This document shows, in pieces, positions 17,323-26,762 of a stretch of 30,149 bases of DNA. The translations under genes were made by a program, and so were the position numbers. The DNA lies in assembly GCA_044352465.1 (NCBI GenBank), contig JBILDU010000030.1, positions 1 to 30,149 of the forward strand, written 5' to 3'. How positions within the stretch are numbered: the first letter of the stretch is position 1; each line of letters starts with the position of its first letter. The notes beneath the pieces are model-generated. The model did no database searches. It was not told the DNA's origin and was given only the letters and a program-made list of their open reading frames with translations. Source of the stretch: Bdellovibrionota bacterium. Its GTDB lineage: Bacteria > Bdellovibrionota_C > UBA2361.

Positions 17323-17783
17323 CGGGGCGACTCGGCAAAAAGGCAGATCGAATTAATACAATACCGTTGACCACTTGGCGGAGGGCCATCGTCAAAGACA
17401 TGACCGAGATGGGCATCGCACCGGGCGCACCGAACTTCAACGCGGATCATTCCATGGGAGCGATCCGGAAGCTCAACAACCGCGCCCACAACAGCCGGCG
17501 CGGTAAAACTCGGCCAGCCGGTTCCCGAGTCAAACTTCGCCGCGGCCTCGAAAAGGAGGGCACCGCAACACACACACCGATATCGACCAGGCTCCTTGTG
17601 CCCACAGTAGGCTCCGGTGAAGGGCCGTTCCGTGCCCGCCCGTCGACACACGACGAACTGCTCGGGTGTGAGAACTAAGCGCCAGTAAGATTCGTCCTTG
17701 GAACGCCAATCGATCGCCCCCACATCCACATCACGGAGATGGGTTGGGGTAGTTGGAATATGATTGAGAGAGCTGTCTGTCAT
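17319..17783 (-). CDS. msrB: Peptide-methionine (R)-S-oxide reductase MsrB
   Basis: GTERPF, Cxx[15 protein letters not shown].[16 protein letters not shown] and RYCINS. Confidence 0.97.
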   Translation of the reverse strand: MTDSSLNHIPTTPTHLRDVDVGAIDWRSKDESYWRLVLTPEQFVVCRRAGTERPFTGAYCGHKEPGRYRCVCCGALLFEAAAKFDSGTGWPSFTAPAVVGAVVELPDRSHGMIRVEVRCARCDAHLGHVFDDGPPPSGQRYCINSICLFAESPR

Positions 17784-17887
17784 ACGACTTTTTCCCCTGT
17801 TTTGGCGAAAAATACCACTCAGGCACCCTCGAACGCAGCAGATTTTTGAAAAAAGCGTCGGTCGACCCGCATTTCATCCGTCAACTG

Positions 17888-18826
17888 CTATGCCTCGGCC
17901 TGCGCTTGACGCGCCGCCGCGAGAATATCGACCGGGATGTTTCGAAAGAGGCGCTCCGGCTCGTAGAGCCTCGCAACTATCGTAGCGAGACTGCCCACGA
18001 ACCTGTCCTCCGCGGGCTCAGCATCCGCGAAGATACCAACAGCGTGACACTGATCAATAAAGACCTCAGCCACGCGGCGCGACCGCGCAAACGCCTTATC
18101 CAGTTGCAAAGCAACATCGAACGGCTCGATATCTTGACGGGGCGGAACACCGATGAGCGCCCAGGGAAAGCCGTCAACGATCCCTTCGGCGCGGAGCCGC
18201 AACATCTTCATGACGGTGGCGCTCCGCAGTGCGGGGGCACGATGAATCGAGCCACCGATATACTGACACGGTCGAAGCACGCCTCCCAACGTATCAAACA
18301 CTGCGATCGGGGAGGCAAGAACCTCACCATTGCCGTAGATAACTTCATTCACACTCAGATCGCGGGTGGCGTGATAACGCCGCATATCGGAGCAGATCTC
18401 TACTCCGAACCCACGCTCGAAATCGAGCGGCATCAGTCGCTTTGAAATAGCGGTGTCACCGGCGTTCCATACACCACCGAAACGCACGAGGTCGATATCA
18501 CGTGGAGGTGGTGCATGCACTCCGAGAAGACGACCCAGCATCTGTCGAGCGGCCCCACCCTTGTAATAATATCCGTTCGGCAAGAGCTCAAACTCGCTCG
18601 CGGGTGCCGCAAAGCGTATCCGCGCACGGGTGCATTCGAGGAACGTGGGCACTCCAGCACTCTCCACGCTCCGCAGAAATTCAGCGTGACTTCCGATCTC
18701 CCCGCCGAGCATCCGGGTCGCTGCGTCCTGAGCCACCCGAGCTTGCAAATCGCCGCGGCCGTCAAAAAGCACGGGGTGACGCAGGCTAAAGATCTTTCGA
18801 TCAAGGCGCGGTTTCATCGTCGTCAT
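17888..18826 (-). CDS. Hypothetical protein with a divergent class II (CCA/poly(A) polymerase head-like) nucleotidyltransferase domain
   Basis: YKGGAAR...RDIDL, GVEI, TRDLSVNE and A.FDT..GVLRP follow the order of GGxVRD..DxD, E, RRDFTxNA and DL..G.IR. Confidence 0.6.
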   Translation of the reverse strand: MTTMKPRLDRKIFSLRHPVLFDGRGDLQARVAQDAATRMLGGEIGSHAEFLRSVESAGVPTFLECTRARIRFAAPASEFELLPNGYYYKGGAARQMLGRLLGVHAPPPRDIDLVRFGGVWNAGDTAISKRLMPLDFERGFGVEICSDMRRYHATRDLSVNEVIYGNGEVLASPIAVFDTLGGVLRPCQYIGGSIHRAPALRSATVMKMLRLRAEGIVDGFPWALIGVPPRQDIEPFDVALQLDKAFARSRRVAEVFIDQCHAVGIFADAEPAEDRFVGSLATIVARLYEPERLFRNIPVDILAAARQAQAEA

Positions 18827-19175
18827 CTTAAACAGTAGCTTCGGAAAAGCGGCGAGCTCAAAATCTTTACGATCCGTGTGACCCAGTTTCTCAAGAGGTC
18901 ATACAAAACAACCGACCTCGTTACAATCGCTCTGAGACGCTCGCCAGGGCAATGTTTGAACGGTTGAATTCGCTCGACGGACTGAGCGGCCTAAGGTGCC
19001 GGATTTGCGCGGATTAACCCTTTCGAACCAGGAATCTGACGAGTCCTTCTGAGAATTCAGACCGTCGCAGGATCGCTCTCATCGGTAATTTTCGCAGACG
19101 CAGAATGATCCGAGCATTAGACGGCTACTCCGTGGGGGTTTAGAATAAGGGCGTGGTGTTCGGCCAGAAGGTAAC

Positions 19176-20783
19176 ATGAAGTTTGTGTGCGGTGGGGTAC
19201 TCAGTATACTTGGGCTTGCCTTGCCCCTTTCGGCGTCCGCACAGTCGGGGCTCGTCAGGGTTGGTGAGGAGATCGTTGTCCGTTTTCCGCCGCGCTCGCT
19301 CTCTCCCCTGATCTCATCCTCCCCTCCACTTCGCTCAACTTCGGCATCTCTTAGTCAGACAGCGTCCCCGCGTGGCTCGCTCGAAGTCTTGAGCATCGCG
19401 CCCCCCCAAAGCGCGGCCTCCCTCGCAAGCGTCCCCCACCCAAAAGGGCGTTCCTTCGCGGTCACACCCGCCACCCCGGCGATCACGCTGCGTTGTCGTG
19501 AGATCAAGGCTATGACCCCAGACGCCATCTGCGAGCCGAACTGGGTGGTTTTTACCTCGGCACTTCCCAACGATCCTGACCGAGCATCCCAGTACGCGCT
19601 CGCGAACCTTGATATGGCGGACGCGTGGGATCACACCACCGGCTCTGCGGACGTGAAAGTGGCGGTCATCGATACCGGAGTCGACTACACTCACCCTGAC
19701 CTCCTCGGGAACATCGCCCGTAACACCGCGGAGATACCCGCTAACGGTATCGATGACGATCGGAACGGCTTCACCGACGACTTCCTCGGTTTTAACGCCA
19801 TCGACGGGGATGGAGATCCGTTTGACTTGAATGAGCACGGCACCCACGTCGCGGGAACAATCGGGGCAGTCGGGAATAACGGGGCTGGGGTTGTCGGGAT
19901 GAATTGGCGGGTGGGGCTCGTGCCGGTCCGCGTTCTCGACGCAGCCGGGTCCGGTACCATCGCCGACATCGTCAGCGGAATCGAATATGCCATCACTCGC
20001 GGAGTCCAGATCATTAACCTGTCCCTCGGAGGCGCTGATTACTCAGCGGTCTTCGAACAAGCGATCGACGCGACGAAAGACGCGAACATTCTTACCGTCG
20101 TCGCTGCGGGAAACGAGGGATCGGTGAACGACTTTTACGAATCGTTCCCCGCTAATTTTAAGAGCTCGAACGTGGTGAGTGTCGCCGCAGTAGACAACGC
20201 GAACGCCCTCGCTTTCTTCTCGAATATCGGGCCTGCAACGGTCGATCTGGGAGCGCCCGGGGTGGAGATTCTCAGCACGGTGCCTGGCGGGGGCTACGAC
20301 CGCTTCGATGGCACATCGATGGCAGCGCCACACGTCGCGGGGGTAGCTGCACTCCTCCTGGCGATTAACCCGCGTTTTTCCTACCTCGATCTGAGAAAGC
20401 TTTTACTCGAGACGGTAACCCCTACCGGGGAGCTCGAAGGGCTCGTGGTAACAGGAGGTGTTCTCAACGGGGGAGCCGCTGTCGAGGCTGCGCTTCGGCG
20501 CACGCCGACCCGCCTGTCACTGGGACTTACCGTTCAGCTTTCGCGCCTAAGCTCCCACCTCGTGGCGCAGGTTCGCGACCGAGACGGGGGACGCGCTGGG
20601 ATACGGGTGAGTTTCCAATGCTCAAAAGGCGGCGCCTTCACTGCGACCACGAAGCGCTCAGGCAAAGCGACGGTAAAGATATCAAATTTAACCACCTCAC
20701 AGAGACCGACCACTTGTCGGGCGAAAACCCTCAACGTTCGAGCCGCCGCGCGGAGTAGATTGCTTAAAATTTCCGCCCGTTAG
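19176..20783 (+). CDS. Secreted S8 (subtilisin-like) serine peptidase
   Basis: Signal peptide ending ASA-Q, catalytic motifs VIDTG, HGTHVAG and GTSMAAPHVAG, oxyanion-hole AAGN, and a basic beta-rich C-terminal domain. Confidence 0.95.
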   Translation: MKFVCGGVLSILGLALPLSASAQSGLVRVGEEIVVRFPPRSLSPLISSSPPLRSTSASLSQTASPRGSLEVLSIAPPQSAASLASVPHPKGRSFAVTPATPAITLRCREIKAMTPDAICEPNWVVFTSALPNDPDRASQYALANLDMADAWDHTTGSADVKVAVIDTGVDYTHPDLLGNIARNTAEIPANGIDDDRNGFTDDFLGFNAIDGDGDPFDLNEHGTHVAGTIGAVGNNGAGVVGMNWRVGLVPVRVLDAAGSGTIADIVSGIEYAITRGVQIINLSLGGADYSAVFEQAIDATKDANILTVVAAGNEGSVNDFYESFPANFKSSNVVSVAAVDNANALAFFSNIGPATVDLGAPGVEILSTVPGGGYDRFDGTSMAAPHVAGVAALLLAINPRFSYLDLRKLLLETVTPTGELEGLVVTGGVLNGGAAVEAALRRTPTRLSLGLTVQLSRLSSHLVAQVRDRDGGRAGIRVSFQCSKGGAFTATTKRSGKATVKISNLTTSQRPTTCRAKTLNVRAAARSRLLKISAR

Positions 20784-20807
20784 CACCGCCGATCTCAGCC
20801 CCTCGCC

Positions 20808-20836
20808 TTGACATCCCCTCCCAGGGTGGGCACGAT
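20808..20836 (+). promoter_or_regulatory. Possible sigma70 promoter for the TolC gene
   Basis: TTGACA (20808-20813), 17-bp spacer, CACGAT. This suggests the ORF-track TTG at 20808 is not the real start. Confidence 0.4.
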
Positions 20837-20864
20837 CACGGTGTTATTTGGCAGCTCTATTGTT

Positions 20865-22313
20865 ATGAAACCCTTCAATCCACGCGGGATCAATTCGCGG
20901 CGTTCACGCCGTTCAACCATGTGCGCCGGCATTTTGGCGCCAGGGCTTGTCTCAAGCCTGCTCGTCGCCGGCTTATTTACCTCCGTGTTATTCATCCCCG
21001 TGTTGTTCCTCCCCGTGTTCGGGAACGCGGCGCCACCCCCGCCGGAGAGCGTGACCATACCATCTGCCGGGCTTGAGGATGTGTACGATCTCCGTCGGTC
21101 TATCGAGACAGCGCTCGAAAAAAATCACGAGATCAATAAAGCCCGGGAGCGAGTTGCCCAACAGGACGGCGTGGTCGTGACGGCACGATCGCCCTACTTC
21201 CCCCAATTACGCCTTGAAAGTGATTTTCGCCATATCTCGAAGGAGCGAATCCCCTCCTACCAAGGAGCTCGATTTGGAACTCAAGAGAACTGGGCGGTCG
21301 ATCTTATTGCCGAGCAATCGATCTATGCGGGGGGCAAGAATGCGGAGACGTTGCGGCAGCAACGCTCCCGCGCCGACGCTGCGATAGCAGAGCTTGCTGG
21401 TATCGTGAATGATATCATCTTTGCCGTTCGCGAAAGGTATTTCGGAGTTCTCCTTTCCCGGGCGCAAGTCACTGTCCAAAGTCAAAATCTTGAGTTACTG
21501 GGGGCTGAACTCAAGTCCGAGCGGGATAAGCTCGCCGCTGGCACCGTCTCGAACTTCAACGTCCTCCGTGCTGAAGTGGCGCTCGCTAACGCTCGTCCTT
21601 CGTACATCCGCGCGGTCAACGACGCGGCGATCGCCCGCGAAGAGCTCAGCCGGGTCTTGGGACTCGAGCAATCGGGGGAGAGCCTTGATGTGCAGGGCGA
21701 ACTTTCGTTCACCGAAAAGCCGATCGAGCTTCCAGCCGCCCTCGATCACGGTCGCACCACTCGCCCGGAGCTTAAAAGGCTCCGCGCTCTCCTCACCGCG
21801 GCCGCACACGGAGTGGAGTTAGAGCGTGCCGACTATCTCCCCGCTCTCTCTGTTTTCGGTGGATATGGCTCAGAGAAGTCGAATTTCTCGTCGAGCAGCC
21901 GGGATGAGCAACACGGGTGGCAAGCCGGGGCACGGGCCACCTGGAAATTATTCGACGGCCTCGCCACACAGGGTCGTGTTGCCACCGCCGAGGGTGCTCG
22001 ACGAGAGGCGGCGCTCGCCCTCTCGCAAGGCGAACATAACGTCGACATCGAAGTGCGCCGGGCTTTCTACTCCTATAAGAACGCGATCGACCTCGTGGCT
22101 GCATCACGGCAGGTTGTCACTCAGGCCGCGGAAAGCTTACGACTCGCCCAAGCCCGCTTTGATGCCGGTACAGCCACTCAACTCGACGTCCTCGATTCGC
22201 AACTTGCCTTGACTCAGGCTCGAACGAACGAGATCCAAGCACTTCATGACGTCAACGTCGCCCTGGCGAAACTCGAAAAAGCGATGGGCCTGATCGTGGA
22301 AGGAATAAATTAA
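20865..22313 (+). CDS. TolC family outer-membrane efflux protein (start 20865 or 20919)
   Basis: Two OEP repeats (AL..N..I, YFPQL, IYAGG, G.....VLRAE; RPEL, YLP.LS, W.LFDG, RF.AG..T.LDVLDSQ, L.KAMG). Confidence 0.92.
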   Translation: MKPFNPRGINSRRSRRSTMCAGILAPGLVSSLLVAGLFTSVLFIPVLFLPVFGNAAPPPPESVTIPSAGLEDVYDLRRSIETALEKNHEINKARERVAQQDGVVVTARSPYFPQLRLESDFRHISKERIPSYQGARFGTQENWAVDLIAEQSIYAGGKNAETLRQQRSRADAAIAELAGIVNDIIFAVRERYFGVLLSRAQVTVQSQNLELLGAELKSERDKLAAGTVSNFNVLRAEVALANARPSYIRAVNDAAIAREELSRVLGLEQSGESLDVQGELSFTEKPIELPAALDHGRTTRPELKRLRALLTAAAHGVELERADYLPALSVFGGYGSEKSNFSSSSRDEQHGWQAGARATWKLFDGLATQGRVATAEGARREAALALSQGEHNVDIEVRRAFYSYKNAIDLVAASRQVVTQAAESLRLAQARFDAGTATQLDVLDSQLALTQARTNEIQALHDVNVALAKLEKAMGLIVEGIN

Positions 22314-22571
22314 TCTCGATATCGAATATGCTCAGGCGATAGCGCGCAGTCGTTATTTTTTGCCGCCGAGAGCTATCTGCAGCGCGCCGAGGGCTCTTTT
22401 CACCTCCAGCGCACGGCAGTGACATCACGTCACGCGCACTCCGACAAGAAACTTTTTCACCCGTAAGCAGCTACGGCGTTCAGGGTTCGAGCTTTTTAAA
22501 GTACCCCCTCTCCTCGGGACTTCCTCGCAACCCTCCGGGCTACCAGAGGTGACTTTCGAACCCCTGTGCGA

Positions 22572-24107
22572 TCACGAGTCAATCCGTTTCTCCTCTTTTT
22601 GCGGCATACTGCCACACTTTGAAGAGGAGAATTCATCCGCGCGAGCCGCGAACTCGGCGCGCGTTACCAACACCACATAGCCAAATTCGGGGGTGCCGCT
22701 TCGAAAGACGACACACCAATCACCGCGCGCCTCTAAAATACTGACCAACGGGCTCTCGGCCTTCCATAAGATCGTTTGGGGCTCAACAAGTTTGAGATAC
22801 TCCTCCCAGCGCGCACTTCCTTGGAAAGAGGCGTGCGCCTTCTCCCACACCGCCTTCGGGGTAACGTTGGTGCGCCCATCGATCGGCACAGGGTGTTCGA
22901 TCGAACCGTCAGGTCGGCTCAGCCGATACATCATATAACCACCCCGACCGAAGTCGTTGAGGATCGGATGAGACAACCGCTTCTGGGAGATGAAATCGAC
23001 CGCATCAACTGGAACGATCGTCCGACTGATCGGCTCCGGCCACACGTTGTAGATATTCACGATTATCGTACAGATAACGACAAAGCTGAGTCCTTCGTAC
23101 GGAATCCCGTCGACGAGGCGGCGGAACCGCTCGAGACCCTCACCGAGATTACCGCGAAGCGCGGGCTCAGACTGGGTGCGCCGCCAGAGCAGCGCCACCA
23201 GGGCACACCAGACGAGAACGGCAAACGGCAGAAACTTTACCACCGCGAGTCCCGCAAGCGTGAATCCGCCCGCGAGAACAATCTTACCAACCTCAAGGAG
23301 ATTCAGCCGGCGTATCGCCAACGCTCCGCAGAGCGCAACGATAATGACGAGAAATGCCGTCGAGTGTTGCATGATGGTGGCAGGAGCAAACTCCGCGATC
23401 GCCTGCATCTGCAGCGGATGCCCGGTCTTATGGAGAAACGTTAACCACTCCCCCCCAAGGTAGGGGGTCACAAGAGTCCCTAGAAATGCAATCCCACAAG
23501 TGACCAAAACTTGGCTGAGAGAGCTCTTGCCAACAAAGAGCCACAAGGCGAGCGCGCCGATACCGAGCGCCGTCGTGATATGAGTATTTGCCCACAGACA
23601 CATCAAAAGAGCGAGACCGATGACGCGCCGTCGGGAGAGCCCGTCTGCCTGTATCCGGTCGGCAAGAGCCAGAAGGATGGCAAAAAAAATCCACACGAGA
23701 GACTGCGGCCGCAACGTGAAATGGTTGTGGCAGGCGAGCGTTGCGAACACACCGAGGAGAGCCGCGATGAACCCATCTCGACAAATCGAACGAAACGCCA
23801 AACCAAAGCTTAGCCCCATGAGGCCAGCGAGGAGATACTTAAGCGCTAAAAGGCCGTGTGCTCCGAAACGCCCCTCGATGAGCGCCAAGACAACTTCATT
23901 TGACCAAGAGTATGCTCGCCACGGCTCCCCGAGCCCGAACATATTCCAATAATCGACCGTCGGAATCGCACCGTGAGCGAGAATCCACCGCCCCACGGTG
24001 ATATGCCACCACAGGTCCGGATCAACGAGTGGCCCGGAGATATACACGCCGGTTGCAACGAGGACGAGAGCCCACAGCAAGATCTGCATAAAATCTTTTA
24101 AAACCAA
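22572..24107 (-). CDS. Polytopic membrane protein, putative GT-C-fold glycosyltransferase (start 24107 or 24089)
   Basis: About 10 TM segments, DPDLWWH..GRWI after TM1, RPQ, LWANTH, and a soluble C-terminal part with GGYM...IDGR. Confidence 0.6.
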   Translation of the reverse strand: MVLKDFMQILLWALVLVATGVYISGPLVDPDLWWHITVGRWILAHGAIPTVDYWNMFGLGEPWRAYSWSNEVVLALIEGRFGAHGLLALKYLLAGLMGLSFGLAFRSICRDGFIAALLGVFATLACHNHFTLRPQSLVWIFFAILLALADRIQADGLSRRRVIGLALLMCLWANTHITTALGIGALALWLFVGKSSLSQVLVTCGIAFLGTLVTPYLGGEWLTFLHKTGHPLQMQAIAEFAPATIMQHSTAFLVIIVALCGALAIRRLNLLEVGKIVLAGGFTLAGLAVVKFLPFAVLVWCALVALLWRRTQSEPALRGNLGEGLERFRRLVDGIPYEGLSFVVICTIIVNIYNVWPEPISRTIVPVDAVDFISQKRLSHPILNDFGRGGYMMYRLSRPDGSIEHPVPIDGRTNVTPKAVWEKAHASFQGSARWEEYLKLVEPQTILWKAESPLVSILEARGDWCVVFRSGTPEFGYVVLVTRAEFAARADEFSSSKCGSMPQKEEKRIDS

Positions 24108-24133
24108 CTATTTGCACTTTAGCCGCAACTTCC

Positions 24134-24163
24134 ACAGTACGTATCGGCACGCGGCGATGTCAA
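24134..24163 (-). promoter_or_regulatory. Possible sigma70 promoter for the GT-C-like gene
   Basis: On the minus strand: TTGACA, 18-bp spacer, TACTGT. Confidence 0.4.
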
Positions 24164-24355
24164 CCAAATACCATCCTGAGCGAGCGGACGTTGCAACGAA
24201 GCAGGTTGCCGGCCTCCTGGTCGTGTCGGCCGCGGTTCAATCCGGCACCACTACCCGTCCAGTAACTTCTTTCATCTGAGAGCTGGTTCAGGGGTAGGAG
24301 TACGCGATGCTCAAGCGATTCAAGAATTGGCTGGAGCCGACTTTTAAAAACAGGT

Positions 24356-25306
24356 TCACCCGACGAGGCTACGCAGTGCCGCCTCTATCCGCGGCAACAC
24401 CGGGCCGGTCTTTCCAACGAAGGCAAGACCCGTGATCCGCTCAAAGCAGTCGATATAATGACGAGCGATCGCGCTCCGATGTTCCGGGGTAAAAACAGGA
24501 ATTGGGCCATCACCCTTAAAACCTTGCTTTAAGAGCCATTGGCGGGTCGGTTCCTTATCGAGCATCTCGGGATCCTCACCGCGCGCGAGCCGCTCCTGCA
24601 GCGTTGCCTCAACCCAATAGCGCGAAGAATCAAGTGTATGAATTTCATCCGCGAGAACTAGTCGCCCCTCCACTAATCCGAATTCGTATTTTGTATCGAC
24701 GAGCGCCAGTCCACGTTGCGCGCTCTCAGCCTGCCCCAGGGCAAACAGACTCAGAGCGGCCTCCCTTACCTCGTCCCACAGACGGCGATCGACGATCCCA
24801 CGCGCAACGATCTCCGCCTCACTCACCGGCTCATCGTGCTCCCCCCGAGGTGCTTTGGTCGATGGCGTCAATGTGGGCTCCGGCAGACGGTCACCAAACC
24901 TCAAGCCAGGCGGGAGGCTTACCCCACTCACCGGCCGCCCCGCCGTGTAGTCACGCCAGGCGCTCCCTGCTAGATACCCCCGCACCACCACTTCCACCGG
25001 AAGAATCGCACAATTACGCACCCGCATCACGTTTGGATCGGGGACATCGAGAATATGATTACGAACGATATGCTCGGTAAGTTTGAACCAATGAATCGCC
25101 AGCTCGTTAAGCACTTGCCCCTTAAACGGAACAGAGGTGACCACCCGATCGAAACAACTCAGCCGATCGGTGGTAATCAAGATACGCTCATCGCCGCGCC
25201 GATAGGTGTCGCGAACCTTCCCCTCGTAGCGCTCACCAAGAAAGTCAAAGTGGGTTTCGGCAAGAACAAAGGGGAGCTGCGTCGATATGTCGGTGTCTGA
25301 TAACAT
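24356..25306 (-). CDS. purC: Phosphoribosylaminoimidazole-succinocarboxamide (SAICAR) synthase
   Basis: Motifs GKVRD, TDRLS.FD, KGQVLN, PVEVVVRGYLAGS, TPSTK, LVDTKYEFG, DEIHT.DSSRYW and DKE. Confidence 0.96.
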   Translation of the reverse strand: MLSDTDISTQLPFVLAETHFDFLGERYEGKVRDTYRRGDERILITTDRLSCFDRVVTSVPFKGQVLNELAIHWFKLTEHIVRNHILDVPDPNVMRVRNCAILPVEVVVRGYLAGSAWRDYTAGRPVSGVSLPPGLRFGDRLPEPTLTPSTKAPRGEHDEPVSEAEIVARGIVDRRLWDEVREAALSLFALGQAESAQRGLALVDTKYEFGLVEGRLVLADEIHTLDSSRYWVEATLQERLARGEDPEMLDKEPTRQWLLKQGFKGDGPIPVFTPEHRSAIARHYIDCFERITGLAFVGKTGPVLPRIEAALRSLVG

Positions 25307-25343
25307 GGTCGGACTCTAAAAAACCCCGGGGGAATATGCAAGA

Positions 25344-26495
25344 TTACGGTACCAGAGGTGCTGCGGTCTTCGACCGCACACGCCGTCCCTCCCGGCGCTG
25401 TCCAACCGAACGGTCGACGGACTGATTCATCCACGCAGCAAGCCGACCGTACGGCGCTCCGACAAGTCGCTTTAGGTTCGAAGGTCCCTCTGCAGCGCTA
25501 CGCCACAGTTTCCGCGCCCGCCCTGCTTCAACGCGATCACCTGAAACGACTGCCAACAACATTCGGGCTACCCCCTCATTATTGGCGAGCGCCATGGCTA
25601 ATTCAGGATTTTCAGCACCACGGAATCGCTTTCGCCCGAAAACATACATCGAAATCGCACAGCGCAAGAGCTCGCGGTCGGACAGGTTCGAGGATACGGC
25701 CGCAATCAGGTAGTAGTTTGCGAGGGCAAATGCAGCGAACCCACGGTGCGCGAACCCCTTCCACCGCTCAATTATCTGACCACCATCTTTGAGGGCCAAC
25801 TCTGCGGACGGCCCCCCGGCCGGGAGCCGCACCCCGTTGACAATCCGCTCCGGCAGCAATCCCGCTAAAGTCTTGGCGAGAAACGCCGCGGTCGGCTGCT
25901 CCGGTCGACGCGAGATGTCCAGCCGAGATAGGTGCGTGACGAGCATAAAATCACCACCGAACGGGAGGCTAGGCGCAAAATCTCCTAAACGAACGACGGG
26001 ATCGCCGGTTCGAAACGAGACCGATATCCACTCAGCCCCTCCCCAAACTATCGCCGGAACACTCCGATTTGAGCGGAGCGCTCGCTGAGATTCGGAAAAA
26101 TTCTCGAGCTCACGATAATATCGCACCGCGCGAACACCCGAATCGGTCGGAATCGCGTCGTTGATTCGATCTCTGAAAATTTTAGATTCGGCTTCATAGA
26201 TGTCGCCCCGCAAGCGCGCGATCAGAAAATCGGTTCCGCGATCGCCCCGCCATGCAAAGGAGAACGCCGCGGCGCCGATGGCACAGAGCGCGGCAAGGAC
26301 GAGGACGCGCCGCGGAATTCCCGCCCCAAGAATCGCGAGCCGCCAAAACACCAAGAAGAGGAGGGGGAAACAGATCGTCTGGAGAAAGGGAAGCGCTGCC
26401 CACACCGACTCACGTGGCGCGAGGCCGCAAAGGGCCTGAACACCAAGGGCAACGATGACCAGGACAAAAATTAGTCTCAGATCGGAACTCTTCAC
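25344..26495 (-). CDS. Hypothetical membrane protein (three N-terminal TMs, helical C-terminus)
   Basis: 383-aa ORF, GTG start with GGAG upstream, ending 37 nt before purC on the same strand. Confidence 0.7.
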   Translation of the reverse strand: MKSSDLRLIFVLVIVALGVQALCGLAPRESVWAALPFLQTICFPLLFLVFWRLAILGAGIPRRVLVLAALCAIGAAAFSFAWRGDRGTDFLIARLRGDIYEAESKIFRDRINDAIPTDSGVRAVRYYRELENFSESQRALRSNRSVPAIVWGGAEWISVSFRTGDPVVRLGDFAPSLPFGGDFMLVTHLSRLDISRRPEQPTAAFLAKTLAGLLPERIVNGVRLPAGGPSAELALKDGGQIIERWKGFAHRGFAAFALANYYLIAAVSSNLSDRELLRCAISMYVFGRKRFRGAENPELAMALANNEGVARMLLAVVSGDRVEAGRARKLWRSAAEGPSNLKRLVGAPYGRLAAWMNQSVDRSVGQRREGRRVRSKTAAPLVP

Positions 26496-26762
26496 CTACA
26501 CCACTCTCCGGGTTATCTCCCGCGCTTCCATCGTAGGGGAGTTGTAGCGCTTGCTCAAGCTTCGGGCAACCTCAGCTATTCGCAATAAAACTGGGATGCT
26601 AAGACTATGGAAGTTTCCCAACCCCTGAGGGCCTGGTCGTAGTTTCTGAAACCAGTTTGCGTGCCGTTTTTAAGAAAGTTTTTTCGCCATAGAAGCCTCT
26701 CGGCACCCGACGCGACGCAGAGGAGACTTTACGCCGGGCACGCGGGGACCCCTTCGCCGATT

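Noticed and set aside
17319..17783. Possible selenocysteine MsrB
   Set aside because: The catalytic residue is Cys (RYCINS) and there is no in-frame TGA.
18876..18895. TGTGA-containing CRP/FNR-like site between the NTase and S8 genes
   Set aside because: The second half-site and spacing do not fit TGTGA-N6-TCACA.
22481..22566. CAGGGTTCGA...TCGAACCCCTG inverted repeat as another MITE
   Set aside because: The arms are short and imperfect and there is no flanking direct repeat; it may just be a terminator-region stem.
24278..24358. Possible degenerate IS-end pair downstream of purC
   Set aside because: The arms match too poorly to support a call.
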